From an uncultured Gemmatimonadales bacterium (lineage in GTDB: Bacteria > Gemmatimonadota > Gemmatimonadetes > Gemmatimonadales > Gemmatimonadaceae), in contig OY969695.1 in assembly GCA_963701965.1 (NCBI GenBank), forward strand, positions 4,032,001 through 4,096,000: a DNA stretch of 64,000 nucleotides, in the 5' to 3' direction. This document shows, piece by piece, positions 19,660 through 29,719 of the stretch. The notes below the pieces were generated by a model. It did not search any database, was not told the origin of the DNA, and saw only the letters and a program-made list of their open reading frames with translations. Positions within the stretch are counted from its first letter, which is position 1, and each line of letters begins with the position of its first letter. The translations under genes were made by a program, and so were the position numbers.

Positions 19660-20197
19660 TCGCCGCCGAGCTCCGCGGCGTACCCAGGCCGTAGCTCACG
19701 GATACCGTGAGACGGTCGCCGTCGACCTTCGTGGTCACGCGCCGGCCGCAGCCGGAGCACTTGGCCATCGTGGGTCCCGGCTCGGATCGCTCGCCGATGA
19801 CGGCGCGGCACACGGGGCAGTGGATCGGACCAGTCACCAGCGCCGCGGCGGGAAGCGGTGCTTGGGGTTCCTCGACGGCAACGGCCGCCGCTGGCGGCCG
19901 GACGAGACGTGGTCCCGTCCCGCCGCCAACCCGGGCGCTCATGGTCTCGAGAAAGAACTGCTGTTCAGTCGCGCTCATGCCCGCGATAGCGCCCGTTGGG
20001 ACGCCCTGCTCTTTGAGCTTCCGCATGAGCGCGTAGGAATCGCGCGTCATGCCCGTCGCGGGCGCCGATCGCGTGCGGCGCGCGGCCTTCTCGGTCTCGC
20101 CCCGGAAATGCTGGCCAAGGCGTATGATGGCGACGCTGGCGAAGAACAACACGCCGACCGCGGCGGCCGCCAGGAGGAGCTGAAGCGTGGTGTTCAC
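19649..20197 (-). CDS. hypothetical membrane-anchored protein with C-terminal zinc ribbon
   Basis: N-terminal TM; CPVC...CSGC; coupled to the moeA stop. Confidence 0.6.
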   Translation of the reverse strand: MNTTLQLLLAAAAVGVLFFASVAIIRLGQHFRGETEKAARRTRSAPATGMTRDSYALMRKLKEQGVPTGAIAGMSATEQQFFLETMSARVGGGTGPRLVRPPAAAVAVEEPQAPLPAAALVTGPIHCPVCRAVIGERSEPGPTMAKCSGCGRRVTTKVDGDRLTVSVSYGLGTPRSSAAIKR

Positions 20198-21444
20198 AGA
20201 GAGAATTGCATTGTCAGGGCCGTGTCATTGGTCAGCGCCAGCGCGTGCAGCGTCTCCCCCGCTTCCGAGCGGGGGCGATCTTCAGGGACGACGAGCAACC
20301 CGTTCGCGAGTGACATCGATGTCAAAATGGCCGATCCCTGCGGGCCCGTCAGCCGGGCCGTCGTGACCCCGTCGGCCCGGGGCGTCAAGATCGCGCGCAG
20401 AAAATGGGTCAATCGGCCGTTGATCGACACCGGCTCCTCGAGGACCACGGGGATCGGCCGGCGGAAAAGGCGCGTGTAGCCCATCATCCGGCGGATCGCC
20501 GGGCGCACGAACAGCTCGAAGGTCACCATGGCCGAGACGGGGTTCCCTGGCAATCCGATCCACGGCGTGGCGCCAAGCAGGCCGAACCCCAGCGGCGCGC
20601 CCGGCCGCATCCGCACGCGCCAGAACTTCATCTCGGCGCCCAACTCGCGGAGCACGTCGCGCGTGTAGTCGAAAGCGCCGACCGAGATGCCGGCCGTCGT
20701 GAGCACCAGATCGCACCCCGCGGCGCGGCGCAAATGATCGCGTACCGACTCCGCCGTGTCGCTGGCGATCCCAAGGTCCATCGGCACTCCGCCCGCCGCG
20801 CGCACCGCCGCGTGGAGGGCGTAGTTGTTCGACGACACGATCCTGTCGCCCGCCAAGACCTTGTCGAAGCGCGTGAGATCCACCAGCTCATCGCCGGAAC
20901 CCACAATGGCGACGCGGGGCCGGCGAAACACGTCGACGTGGGCGGCTCCGACAGAGGCGAGCAACCCGATCTGAGGCGCCTGAATCGCGTCGCCTTCGGC
21001 GACGACGATCTGGCCCTCCCAGAGATCTTCACCGCGAGGACGGATGTTGCGGCGGACGTCGCGGTTGTCGCGGATTTCGACCTGATCGGTTCCGCCGTTC
21101 GTGTCCTCGACACGAACGACGCTGTCCGAGCCTCTCGGAATCGGGGCGCCCGTCATGATCCGCGCGGCTTCGCCCGCGGCCACTGTTCGAGCGGGCATGC
21201 CGCCAGCGGCGATCGTCTCGATCACCCGCAAGACCACCGGATGACCCGCGCGTGCGCCAGAGATATCCGCGGCCTGGACGGCGTAGCCGTCCATGGCCGA
21301 ATTGTCCCAGTGCGGGAGCGTCACCGGTGAGCGGACGGGTGACGCCAGCACGCGCCCTAGCGCGTCCAGCAACTCCACCTGCTCGACGCCGAGGCGCGCC
21401 ACGTTGGCGAGGATGGTGGTGCTCGCCTCGCCGACCGTGAGCAT
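20194..21444 (-). CDS. moeA: molybdopterin molybdotransferase
   Basis: SAMDGYA, IMTGAPIP, GDELV, LPGNPVSA. Confidence 0.95.
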   Translation of the reverse strand: MLTVGEASTTILANVARLGVEQVELLDALGRVLASPVRSPVTLPHWDNSAMDGYAVQAADISGARAGHPVVLRVIETIAAGGMPARTVAAGEAARIMTGAPIPRGSDSVVRVEDTNGGTDQVEIRDNRDVRRNIRPRGEDLWEGQIVVAEGDAIQAPQIGLLASVGAAHVDVFRRPRVAIVGSGDELVDLTRFDKVLAGDRIVSSNNYALHAAVRAAGGVPMDLGIASDTAESVRDHLRRAAGCDLVLTTAGISVGAFDYTRDVLRELGAEMKFWRVRMRPGAPLGFGLLGATPWIGLPGNPVSAMVTFELFVRPAIRRMMGYTRLFRRPIPVVLEEPVSINGRLTHFLRAILTPRADGVTTARLTGPQGSAILTSMSLANGLLVVPEDRPRSEAGETLHALALTNDTALTMQFSL

Positions 21445-21445
21445 C

Positions 21446-22975
21446 CTAGCGACGGCCGAGTGTCAGCGAGGCCAGGCGGGCCGCGATCTCGTCCTGGACG
21501 CGCTCGACATCGCGTACGGGCGTCGTCCAGTTGTTGCAGAGGAAGCTGAACACGAGCGGCACGCCGTCCGCCGTCGTGACATACCCGGAGAGCGACCGCG
21601 CGCGATCGACGAACCCCGTCTTGGCCCGCACATTGCCCGCCGCCATCGTGCCGCGCATCCGGTCGGCGATGGTGCCATCGACGCCGGCGACCGGGAGCGC
21701 ATCGTAGAAGACCTGAAACGCCGTGTCGCGCCGCGCCGCGATGAGCGTGCGCACAATGGTCTCCGGCGACAGGTAATCATGCCGCGAGAGGCCCGATCCA
21801 TCGTGGACGACAAAGCCATCGGCGGCCGCGCCCCACGCCAGGAGTTGATCGTGGATGACGCGGACTCCGCTGTCGGCCGAGCCAACCCCGGTCCGCTCCA
21901 GCCCAATGGTCTTGAGCAAGACCTCGGCGATCTGGTTCTGGGACGGCTTGAGCAGCGCGGGTAGAATCTCGCGCAGGGGAGGAGACGCCATCGTGAAGAG
22001 CGTGTCGAGCGTCGCGCCCGAATCGGTGGTCCCGACCTCGGCGGCGCCCGGCCGCAGGGTGATGCCGCGACGGTCGATCGCGGTCGCCAGCGCGTGGAGA
22101 TACGCCGCCGCCGGGTCCCGGTACGCGATCATGGCGATCGTGCTGTCGCGCGGCGCGATCGTCCCGTCCACGGTGAGCGCGCCGCTCGTTGAATCCCAGG
22201 CCACGGTCACCGCCGGACCGCGCGCATCGCCGGTCTGGGCGACCGTGCGGACGTGATTGCGGAGCGACGGATACGCCGTCGCCGGCATCGTCGTCACCGT
22301 CGTGGCCGTCCCGACCCGGGCGCCACCCCGAACGACGATGGTCGTGAACCCTTCGTTCAGCATCAGCGCGTCGACGCCCGCTCCGTACGGTTCGGTGAGG
22401 TCGTCCCAATCCCACCCATAGCCCACGCGCGCATCGGGAAACGGGTCGACGCCGCGCACGATGTGCCCGGTGATGCGCGTGATGCCATGCGCGGCGAGGG
22501 ACTCGGCGGCCGCGCGCAGCGGGATCGTCGCGTCATGCAACATGTGATCGCTGACCGTCGGATCGCCGCGCCCGATGACCACGAGGTCGCCGGACAGGAC
22601 GCCGCGGCGGATGCGACCGCGCGTCGCGAACGTCGTCCGGTACTGAAAGTCGGGCCCCAGCTGTGCGAGAGCGGTCACGCTGGTGATGATCTTCATGTTC
22701 GACGCCGGCATGAAGAGCTTGCCGGCGTTGAGCGAATACAGCGTGTCGCCGCCGTCCGGGTCGACGATCAGGATGCCCCAGTGCGCGCTCCGAAACCGCG
22801 GGTCGACGACGAGGGAATCGATAGTGGCTTTGAGCAGCACCGCCGGCGGGGGCGCCGGGACCACCGCAGACGGGGCGAGTAGCGCGGGCGGCCGCTCCGC
22901 TGCCGGCGCTTCGCGAACGGCCGGGTGTGTGCAGGCCGCCGCGAGCACGACAAGGATCACGCCCCGCCGGATCAT
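21446..22975 (-). CDS. dacB: D-Ala-D-Ala carboxypeptidase/endopeptidase PBP4 (S13), lipoprotein
   Basis: PASNMK, SQN, DGSGLSR, AKTG; LAAAC lipobox. Confidence 0.92.
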   Translation of the reverse strand: MIRRGVILVVLAAACTHPAVREAPAAERPPALLAPSAVVPAPPPAVLLKATIDSLVVDPRFRSAHWGILIVDPDGGDTLYSLNAGKLFMPASNMKIITSVTALAQLGPDFQYRTTFATRGRIRRGVLSGDLVVIGRGDPTVSDHMLHDATIPLRAAAESLAAHGITRITGHIVRGVDPFPDARVGYGWDWDDLTEPYGAGVDALMLNEGFTTIVVRGGARVGTATTVTTMPATAYPSLRNHVRTVAQTGDARGPAVTVAWDSTSGALTVDGTIAPRDSTIAMIAYRDPAAAYLHALATAIDRRGITLRPGAAEVGTTDSGATLDTLFTMASPPLREILPALLKPSQNQIAEVLLKTIGLERTGVGSADSGVRVIHDQLLAWGAAADGFVVHDGSGLSRHDYLSPETIVRTLIAARRDTAFQVFYDALPVAGVDGTIADRMRGTMAAGNVRAKTGFVDRARSLSGYVTTADGVPLVFSFLCNNWTTPVRDVERVQDEIAARLASLTLGRR

Positions 22976-23595
22976 CCCGTAATCTGCCCCGCCGCGATAA
23001 CGTCGGCCAGCGCCAGGTCGGCGACAGTGTTGACGTTCATGAACATGATATCGGGATCACCGTATCGGCCGACCTCGGCCGCGCCGAGCCGGACCACGCG
23101 CACGTCGTCGACGATGCTCACGACGCGGAGATCGCCGCGATCGATGCGCCGCTCGATCGCGCCAACGCACGCGGGGCCGTACATCGCACACAGTGGCTCG
23201 ATTCCGCGCACCGAGTCACTGACGGGGACGGCCATGTCCGCGTTCGCGCCGGCGGCACGCAGCGCGGCGAGGAGCGCGGACGGCACGAAGGGCATGTCCC
23301 ACGCGACGACCAGGACCGGTCCCCTCGCGCGCACGAGGGCGGCGTGCACGCCGCCCAGACCGCCGGCCCCGGGCCGGATGTCCGCGACGGTCGGGACATC
23401 CGGCAGCCACCCTCGAGCGTCGGGCGCATTCGCCACCAGGAGCAACGCGTCGGTCGCGGGCCGCAGAGCATTGGCGACCCGATCGATGATGCGCACGCCG
23501 CCGACGCGCTCCAAGCCTTTGGGGCGACCGCCGAACCGGGTCGCCTGGCCGCCCGCCAGAATGACGCCGGTAACCGTCAGGCGCTCAGATGCCAC
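22972..23595 (-). CDS. mobA: molybdenum cofactor guanylyltransferase
   Basis: ILAGGQATRFGG.PK, DMPF, EPLCAMY, NVNT. Confidence 0.9.
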   Translation of the reverse strand: MASERLTVTGVILAGGQATRFGGRPKGLERVGGVRIIDRVANALRPATDALLLVANAPDARGWLPDVPTVADIRPGAGGLGGVHAALVRARGPVLVVAWDMPFVPSALLAALRAAGANADMAVPVSDSVRGIEPLCAMYGPACVGAIERRIDRGDLRVVSIVDDVRVVRLGAAEVGRYGDPDIMFMNVNTVADLALADVIAAGQITG

Positions 23596-24007
23596 CGCGA
23601 TAGGTGGACCACAGCGTATCGTCCTCGCCGATGCGCACTTCCACGACGGTGGCAGCGCCCAGCGCGGCCGCGACGCACTCGAAGATGTACCGCGCCAGAT
23701 TCTCCGAGCTGGGAATCAAGCGTCCCTCCGCGAACTCCGCCACGTCGAGATTGATGTTCTTGTGGTCGAACCGGCTCACGACCAGCTCATCGAGCACCCG
23801 ATCGATCAGCCCCAGGTCGACGATGAATCCGGTGACGGGATCGATCTCCCCGCCCACGGTGAGATCGCAGATGTAGCGGTGCCCGTGGAAATTGATGTTG
23901 GCGCACTTCCCGAACACGGCGCGATTGCGCGCCTCGTCCCACTCCGGCACCCGATAGCGATGCGCCGCCGAGAACACCACGCGGCGCGTCAGCTGGGCGC
24001 GCCCCAT
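23585..24007 (-). CDS. queD: 6-carboxytetrahydropterin / 6-pyruvoyl-tetrahydropterin synthase
   Basis: FSAAHR, KCAN..FHGH, FDHKNIN, SENLA. Confidence 0.85.
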   Translation of the reverse strand: MGRAQLTRRVVFSAAHRYRVPEWDEARNRAVFGKCANINFHGHRYICDLTVGGEIDPVTGFIVDLGLIDRVLDELVVSRFDHKNINLDVAEFAEGRLIPSSENLARYIFECVAAALGAATVVEVRIGEDDTLWSTYRGGI

Positions 24008-24690
24008 TAGTGGAACGCGGTGAGCGACAGCCCGAACGTGAACGCCAGGTTCTGGCGCCATGCCGTGAGCGCTTGGTTGGCGTTCACCACCGGCGCGCCC
24101 GCCGTGACGTCGCGGAACGACCCCGGCAACCGTGTCGCGTAGAAGTAGTCCGCGATATCGATGCGCGCTTGCAGCGGTCCGCCCGGGACGAAGCGAAGCC
24201 CGCCCCCCGCCGACATCATGAATTGCGTGCCGAAGTGGAATCCCCCGGAATCGCGCGGCGCGCCCAGATCCGTGGCCACCCCGACATTGGCGTTGATCAC
24301 GGGGATGAGGTGGTGCCACGTGCGCTCGCCAATGACGTTGAGCGCGACGCCGACGTCCACGAGGTTGAGCCCGACGTCCTTCGTCCCGACATCACGCGTC
24401 GCCGGTGGGAACGTCGGGATCACGACATTATGCTCCGTGAACACGTGCGCCCAGCGCGCCTCGAAGTACGCGGGGCCGCCCAGGTGGATGTCCCACCGGA
24501 CCCCCGCCAGCGGGCCGCTGTGAGGTTGCACGTGACCCGGGACGTCCGGCGCCAGAAAATACCCACCGTAGAACGACAGGTTGCGCGGATCCGAGATATC
24601 GACATAGGGGCTGGCGTCCGGCGTATGGCCGACCACCTGGCCGTGGGCCGCGCCACTGGCCAGGAGCAAGAGCAGTGCGATGCGTTTCAC
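24007..24690 (-). CDS. hypothetical exported protein, probable small outer-membrane beta-barrel
   Basis: Signal peptide (AHG-Q); amphipathic beta strands; aromatic-rich C-terminus. Confidence 0.65.
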   Translation of the reverse strand: MKRIALLLLLASGAAHGQVVGHTPDASPYVDISDPRNLSFYGGYFLAPDVPGHVQPHSGPLAGVRWDIHLGGPAYFEARWAHVFTEHNVVIPTFPPATRDVGTKDVGLNLVDVGVALNVIGERTWHHLIPVINANVGVATDLGAPRDSGGFHFGTQFMMSAGGGLRFVPGGPLQARIDIADYFYATRLPGSFRDVTAGAPVVNANQALTAWRQNLAFTFGLSLTAFH

Positions 24691-26249
24691 GAGGATCGTG
24701 TGGTTGCGGGAGTCAGGTCCCGCAAGTCTACCCCGGTCATCTCGGAAGGTGGCTCGACGCCGAGAAGGCCCAACACCGTCGGGCCGACATCGGAGAGCGC
24801 GCCGCCGGATCGGAGCGGCGGTGCGGCCGTGCCGGCGGCGTCGACGAGGACGAAAGGGACTGGATTGGTCGTGTGTGCCGTGTGCGGGCCACCGGTCTCC
24901 GGATCGATCATGAGCTCACAATTTCCGTGGTCGGCGGTGACCAGCACCCGAACGCCCGCGCGCTCGGCGGATGCCAAGACCCGCGCCAGGCACTGATCGA
25001 CCGTCTCCACCGCCCGAATTGTAGCCGCGAGCGAGCCGGTATGCCCGACCATGTCGCCGTTGGCGTAGTTGCAGAGGATGAAATCGTGCTGTCGCTGTTC
25101 GATCGCGGTGCACAGGACGTCGGTCACCCCCGCCGCGCTCATCTCCGGCATGAGATCATAGGTGGCGACTTTCTGGCTCGGCACCAGGAGGCGTTCCTCA
25201 CCGGGATACGGGGTTTCCTCACCGCCGTTGAAGAAATACGTGACGTGCGGGTACTTCTCGGTCTCGGCGGTCCGGAACTGCGTCATGCTGCGGTCGCTCA
25301 AGACTTCGGCGACGATCCGGGCCATCGAGAAGGGGGGGAAGGCGACCGGCACGCCGAATTGCTGGCCGTACGACGTCATGGTGACGACGGACAGCTCGGG
25401 CCGCGCCGACACGTCGAAGCCCTTGAACGCCGGCTCCGTGAGCGCGCGCACGATCTGCCGCATCCGATCGGACCGGAAGTTGAAGCAGATCACTGCGTCC
25501 CCATCGCGCATCGGCGCGTCGGCCACCACGGTCGGCAGGATGAACTCGTCTGTCTGACCGTTCTCGTATGCCGCGCGAATCACCGCCAGCGGATCCGTGC
25601 CGGTCGGCCCGATGCCCTCGACCATCGCCCGGTACGCGAGCTCCGTGCGCTGCCAGCGCCGGTCCCGATCCATCCCGTAGTACCGGCCGCCGACGCTCCC
25701 GATCACCGTGGGCACCCGGCACCGCGCGGTGGCCTGCAGCAACTCCCCCATGAAGCCGAGCGCGGACTTGGGCAGCGTGTCGCGGCCGTCGAGCATCGCC
25801 TGGATGGCGACGCGCGGCACGCGCTCGCGCCCCGCGAGATCGAGCAGCGCCCGGAGATGCCGGTCGACCGCGTGCACGCCGCCGTCCCCGATCAATCCCA
25901 ACAAGTGCAGCGTCCCCCCGGAGCGTCGCACAGCGCGGCAGGCCGCTTGGAACGTAGTGTTGCAGAAGAACGAGCCGTCGGCGATGGCCGCGCCGATGCG
26001 CACCAAGTCCTGCATGACGACGCGGCCGGCGCCCAGATTCAGATGGCCCACCTCACTGTTGCCCATCTGGCCGGCCGGCAAACCGACCCGCAGTCCCGAC
26101 GCCTCCAACAAGGTGCGTGACGGACGACGCCACAACGCGTCCCAAGTCGGCGTCTGTGCCAACGCGATCGCGTTGCCTTCTCGTTCCGGGCGGTACCCCC
26201 AACCGTCGAGGACGACGAGGACTACCGGGCAATGTGCGGAGCCAGCCAT
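24687..26249 (-). CDS. gpmI: 2,3-bisphosphoglycerate-independent phosphoglycerate mutase
   Basis: LDGWG, GQMGNSEVGH, AETEKYPHVTYFFNGG, TADHGN. Confidence 0.96.
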   Translation of the reverse strand: MAGSAHCPVVLVVLDGWGYRPEREGNAIALAQTPTWDALWRRPSRTLLEASGLRVGLPAGQMGNSEVGHLNLGAGRVVMQDLVRIGAAIADGSFFCNTTFQAACRAVRRSGGTLHLLGLIGDGGVHAVDRHLRALLDLAGRERVPRVAIQAMLDGRDTLPKSALGFMGELLQATARCRVPTVIGSVGGRYYGMDRDRRWQRTELAYRAMVEGIGPTGTDPLAVIRAAYENGQTDEFILPTVVADAPMRDGDAVICFNFRSDRMRQIVRALTEPAFKGFDVSARPELSVVTMTSYGQQFGVPVAFPPFSMARIVAEVLSDRSMTQFRTAETEKYPHVTYFFNGGEETPYPGEERLLVPSQKVATYDLMPEMSAAGVTDVLCTAIEQRQHDFILCNYANGDMVGHTGSLAATIRAVETVDQCLARVLASAERAGVRVLVTADHGNCELMIDPETGGPHTAHTTNPVPFVLVDAAGTAAPPLRSGGALSDVGPTVLGLLGVEPPSEMTGVDLRDLTPATTRSS

Positions 26250-27032
26250 CTTGATCGAGTGACTTGGGTGGGACTGTCGCCACAATGTACCGGCCCGTCC
26301 GGGCGGCTACCAGCGAGGCGGAGGCCGGATTGGCCTCGCGCCGCGCCGCGCGTCATCGCCCTCGCCACGTTGGCCGGCGCGCTGCTCGCGCCCGCCGCGA
26401 GCGCGCAATCGACGGCGAAAAAGCCCGCGGCAAAGTCCACCGCGCCCGCCAAGTCCCCTGCGCCCGCCAAGCCCAAAGCCGCGAAGCCGGCGGCGCCCAA
26501 GGCGCCCGGAGACACGGAGACGGGAGAGCCTCTCGTCGCCAGCGGAGGGAGCGTCGCCGTGCACGACACCCCCAATGGCGCGTCGATCGCGACCCTCGGC
26601 TCCGGCGCGTTCGTGACGGCGATCGCCCGTGACCGCGGTTGGGTGCGGGTGCGCGTCGACGGGTGGGTCAAAGACGACTCACTGGCACCCGCGCGCGGCG
26701 CGACCCGCGCGCTGAGCGCGGCCGACTTGCGCACTGACCCGCAGGGCGCGAAGGGCAAGACGGTGCGGTGGGACGTGCAGATCCTCGCGATGCAGACCGC
26801 CGATCCGTTACACCATGACCTGTCACCCGATGAACCGTATCTGTTGGCCCGCGGTCCTGGTCCGGAGAGCGCGCTGCTCTACGTCGCGATTCCGCCGTCT
26901 CTGCTCGCCTCGGCCCGCGCCATCGCCGCCGGTGCCCCGACGACGGTGGCCCTGATCGCGACCGTCCGCGTCGGCAAGAGCGAGCCGGTCGGCGTTCCGG
27001 TGCTGGACGCCCAGAGCCTGGTCCGACGCTGA
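26232..27032 (+). CDS. hypothetical exported protein with Ala/Lys/Pro linker and SH3b-like segment
   Basis: ASA-Q signal cleavage; GWVRVRVDGWV; start uncertain. Confidence 0.6.
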   Translation: MCGASHLDRVTWVGLSPQCTGPSGRLPARRRPDWPRAAPRVIALATLAGALLAPAASAQSTAKKPAAKSTAPAKSPAPAKPKAAKPAAPKAPGDTETGEPLVASGGSVAVHDTPNGASIATLGSGAFVTAIARDRGWVRVRVDGWVKDDSLAPARGATRALSAADLRTDPQGAKGKTVRWDVQILAMQTADPLHHDLSPDEPYLLARGPGPESALLYVAIPPSLLASARAIAAGAPTTVALIATVRVGKSEPVGVPVLDAQSLVRR

Positions 27033-27820
27033 GCGCCGACGGCGAGACTCCGGGTCCGGCGCCGTCCCCGATCACGCCGCCGCCTCGGCGGCGGGCTCCC
27101 GCACCGCCAGGACGGTCCCGGCCCTCCACCGAGCGCCGGCGCCCGCGATGGAGTCAATTCCGGATCGCGTACCCTGGGCTCCTGGCCAGCCTCTGGCTGG
27201 CGCTCGCGGTGCTCACGGCCCTCGACAGCTACCTGCTGTATCAGCGCGCGACCTACGCGCAGGAGATCCAACGCCTCCGGAGCGGCATGACCGCCGTCGA
27301 ACGACGGTCCGCCGATCTCGCCCTGGCCGAGAACGAGAACAAGCTCCGGGTGATGGTGGCGCTCATTCGGCGGCAAGCCCAGGGTGACCGGCAGCTGCAC
27401 CTCTCGGTGCAGGTCGATAGCGGCGTCATGACGCTGGAGCAGGATGGCGTCGTCCTGCGCGAGATGCCCATCCGCGTCGGCCCCGAGCGCCGGGTCGGCG
27501 TGCCGCCCGACACGGTGCGGATGGTCGCGCCGCGGGGGACGCGCACGGTGGAGAAGCTGATGACCGCCGACAGCGTGTGGGACGTGCCGAAATGGATCTA
27601 CGCCGACCGCGGCTTGCCCGCCGATTCCACCCGCGTGCGGGGCGCGCTGGGCGATGCGGCGGTCGTGCTCAATGGCGGGACGGTGATCTACGGCGAGCCG
27701 CAAACGGGTCCCCTCGCGGACACGTCGTACGTGCTGCCCGGCGGCGTCCGCGCCCGCGAAGCGGACATCAAGGCCATCGGGGCGAATCTCAAGCCTGGCA
27801 CGAGCGTCTACTTTTATTGA
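27029..27820 (+). CDS. membrane-anchored L,D-transpeptidase-fold protein lacking the catalytic His/Cys
   Basis: TM plus coiled coil; aligns by eye with the next gene (PRG, W..P.W.Y, G.LG, GT.VY.Y); frame is open from a CTG overlapping the upstream TGA. Confidence 0.65.
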   Translation: MSADGETPGPAPSPITPPPRRRAPAPPGRSRPSTERRRPRWSQFRIAYPGLLASLWLALAVLTALDSYLLYQRATYAQEIQRLRSGMTAVERRSADLALAENENKLRVMVALIRRQAQGDRQLHLSVQVDSGVMTLEQDGVVLREMPIRVGPERRVGVPPDTVRMVAPRGTRTVEKLMTADSVWDVPKWIYADRGLPADSTRVRGALGDAAVVLNGGTVIYGEPQTGPLADTSYVLPGGVRAREADIKAIGANLKPGTSVYFY

Positions 27821-28668
27821 TGACCCAGGCCCTGCGCCACGGGAGCAGACTGCTCTGGATACTGGGCCTGGCCGTGCTCGGCACCTTTGCCGCGTCGGTC
27901 TGGCTGGTGGGCGACGTCGTGCGCGAGCACTTTCGGCGTGACATCATGCGCATGGCCTTCAATCACAATCTCGAGCTGCTCGACGACGTGACCCGGAGCG
28001 TCGGCGCCGTGCGCGACACGCTAGCCGCCAGTCGGGACGCGAGTCCCGAGTCGCCCGACGACAAGCCGTACATCGTGGTCAGCATCGAGGATCATCGCCT
28101 CTGGTACAAGCAGGGCCCACGGACGCTGTTCACGGCCCGCGTCGCCACGGGCAGCGGCAAAGAGCTGGTCAACGAGGGCGGCGTACACTGGAAATTCGAG
28201 ACGCCGCGCGGCCGCCTCCTGGTGCAGACCAAGGAGATGGACCCCGTCTGGGTGCCGCCCGACTGGCACTACATGGAGCTGGCGAAGATGAAGCAGCTGG
28301 GGACGATCAAGCTCCAGCGCGGGCAGACCATTCCGCTCCAGGGCGGCGCCAAGATCGTCGTGATCGGGAACGACGTCGCGACGCAGTTTCCGGATGGCCA
28401 TACCGAGCCGTTCGAGGTGCACGAAGGCAAGGAGATCGTGGCCAATGGCAACCTCATCATTCCGCCGTTCGGCACGAATCAGCGCAAGTACATCGGCACT
28501 TTGGGGGTCGAGCGGCTGTATCTAGGGGATGGGTACGGCCTGCACGGCACGGACGAGCCCGCAACGATTGGACAGTCGGCCAGTCATGGATGCGTGCGTC
28601 TTCGCAACGAGGACATCGAGACGCTCTTCCGCATCGTCCCTATCGGGACTGTTGTTTACATCTACTAA
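27820..28668 (+). CDS. L,D-transpeptidase (YkuD family)
   Basis: VATG, TPRG, GLHGT....IGQSASHGCVRL. Confidence 0.9.
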   Translation: MTQALRHGSRLLWILGLAVLGTFAASVWLVGDVVREHFRRDIMRMAFNHNLELLDDVTRSVGAVRDTLAASRDASPESPDDKPYIVVSIEDHRLWYKQGPRTLFTARVATGSGKELVNEGGVHWKFETPRGRLLVQTKEMDPVWVPPDWHYMELAKMKQLGTIKLQRGQTIPLQGGAKIVVIGNDVATQFPDGHTEPFEVHEGKEIVANGNLIIPPFGTNQRKYIGTLGVERLYLGDGYGLHGTDEPATIGQSASHGCVRLRNEDIETLFRIVPIGTVVYIY

Positions 28669-28672
28669 TAGC

Positions 28673-29719
28673 ATGTCAGGGGGAGCTATCGAAGTGAGAT
28701 CGGCGCTTCGCGTTTTGTTCGGATTGGCGGTGATGGTGCCCGGCGTGGCGTTGGCGGCGATACCGGCCGACACTGTGCGGCCGGACAGCGTCCGCGCCGA
28801 TACGGGGAGTGGCTCCGTGGTGGAGTCCTTCTTCGGTCGGAGCGGCAAGCTGCGCGCGCATTTCGTGTCCGAAGCGCGCCACCCGCTGGAGATTCCCCTC
28901 GTGCGGCGGCTGTTCGGCGACACGGCGACGGTGGCGGCGGGCGTCTACACGCTGCTCGACAGCGCCGTGGGGCGGTCGTTCGCGTTCATCACCATGATCC
29001 CGTTCACGACGAAGGCGCACGGGCGCATCGGCGATTATCGCGTCGGCTTCTGGCCCGCCGAGCGCCATCGCCAGCGCGCAGCGTGGAGCTTGGCGAAGCC
29101 AAGCTCAGTTCAACCGACAGCGTCCAATCGCGCGGAGCGCGACTTGGAGGCGTACGAGAACCCGGACGGCTTCATTCGCGTCACGTCGGACAACGAAGAT
29201 ACGCCCATCTCCGAGCACTTCGCGCTCCGCGACTTCCTGACGCACGATCAGGAGGACGTCTGGCCGAAGTATCTCGTGTTGCGCGAAGAACTGGTCGACA
29301 AGCTGGAACTGATTATGGACGATCTCCAGTCCCACGGCCACCCGGTCGCGCGGCTGGTGGTGTTGTCCGGGTTCCGGACGCCCGAGTACAACATCCAAGG
29401 CGTCGGCCGTCGCGGCGGTCGGGCGCTCGATAGTCGCCATCAGTTTGGCGACGCCGCCGACGTCTACGTCGACAACGGGTCCGGCCGCATGGCCGATCTC
29501 AATGGCGACGGACGCGTCGACACGCGCGACGTACGCGTCCTCATGGAGTCCGTTGAGCGCGTCGAGGCCGAGCATCCAGAGTTGGTGGGAGGGGAAGGGA
29601 TCTACCGCGCCAACCGGCAACACGGCCCGTTCCTGCACGTCGACGTGCGCGGCTGGCCCGCGCGATGGGCTCTTCTCGAGCCGACGCGCTCCCACAAGAC
29701 GCGGAGACATGCGACGTGA
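28673..29719 (+). CDS. peptidase M15A-like (D-Ala-D-Ala/DUF882) zinc peptidase with EF-hand-like loop
   Basis: SGFRTPEYN, SRHQFGDAAD, DLNGDGRVD, FLHVDVRG. Confidence 0.85.
   Translation: MSGGAIEVRSALRVLFGLAVMVPGVALAAIPADTVRPDSVRADTGSGSVVESFFGRSGKLRAHFVSEARHPLEIPLVRRLFGDTATVAAGVYTLLDSAVGRSFAFITMIPFTTKAHGRIGDYRVGFWPAERHRQRAAWSLAKPSSVQPTASNRAERDLEAYENPDGFIRVTSDNEDTPISEHFALRDFLTHDQEDVWPKYLVLREELVDKLELIMDDLQSHGHPVARLVVLSGFRTPEYNIQGVGRRGGRALDSRHQFGDAADVYVDNGSGRMADLNGDGRVDTRDVRVLMESVERVEAEHPELVGGEGIYRANRQHGPFLHVDVRGWPARWALLEPTRSHKTRRHAT
29086..29148 (+). repeat. palindromic element inside a CDS (hairpin-AGTTCAACCGAC-hairpin)
   Basis: GAGCTTGGC-gaa-GCCAAGCTC AGTTCAACCGAC agcg TCCAATCGCGC-gga-GCGCGACTTGGA; same architecture and 12-mer as the 46-kb repeat. 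Confidence 0.75.
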
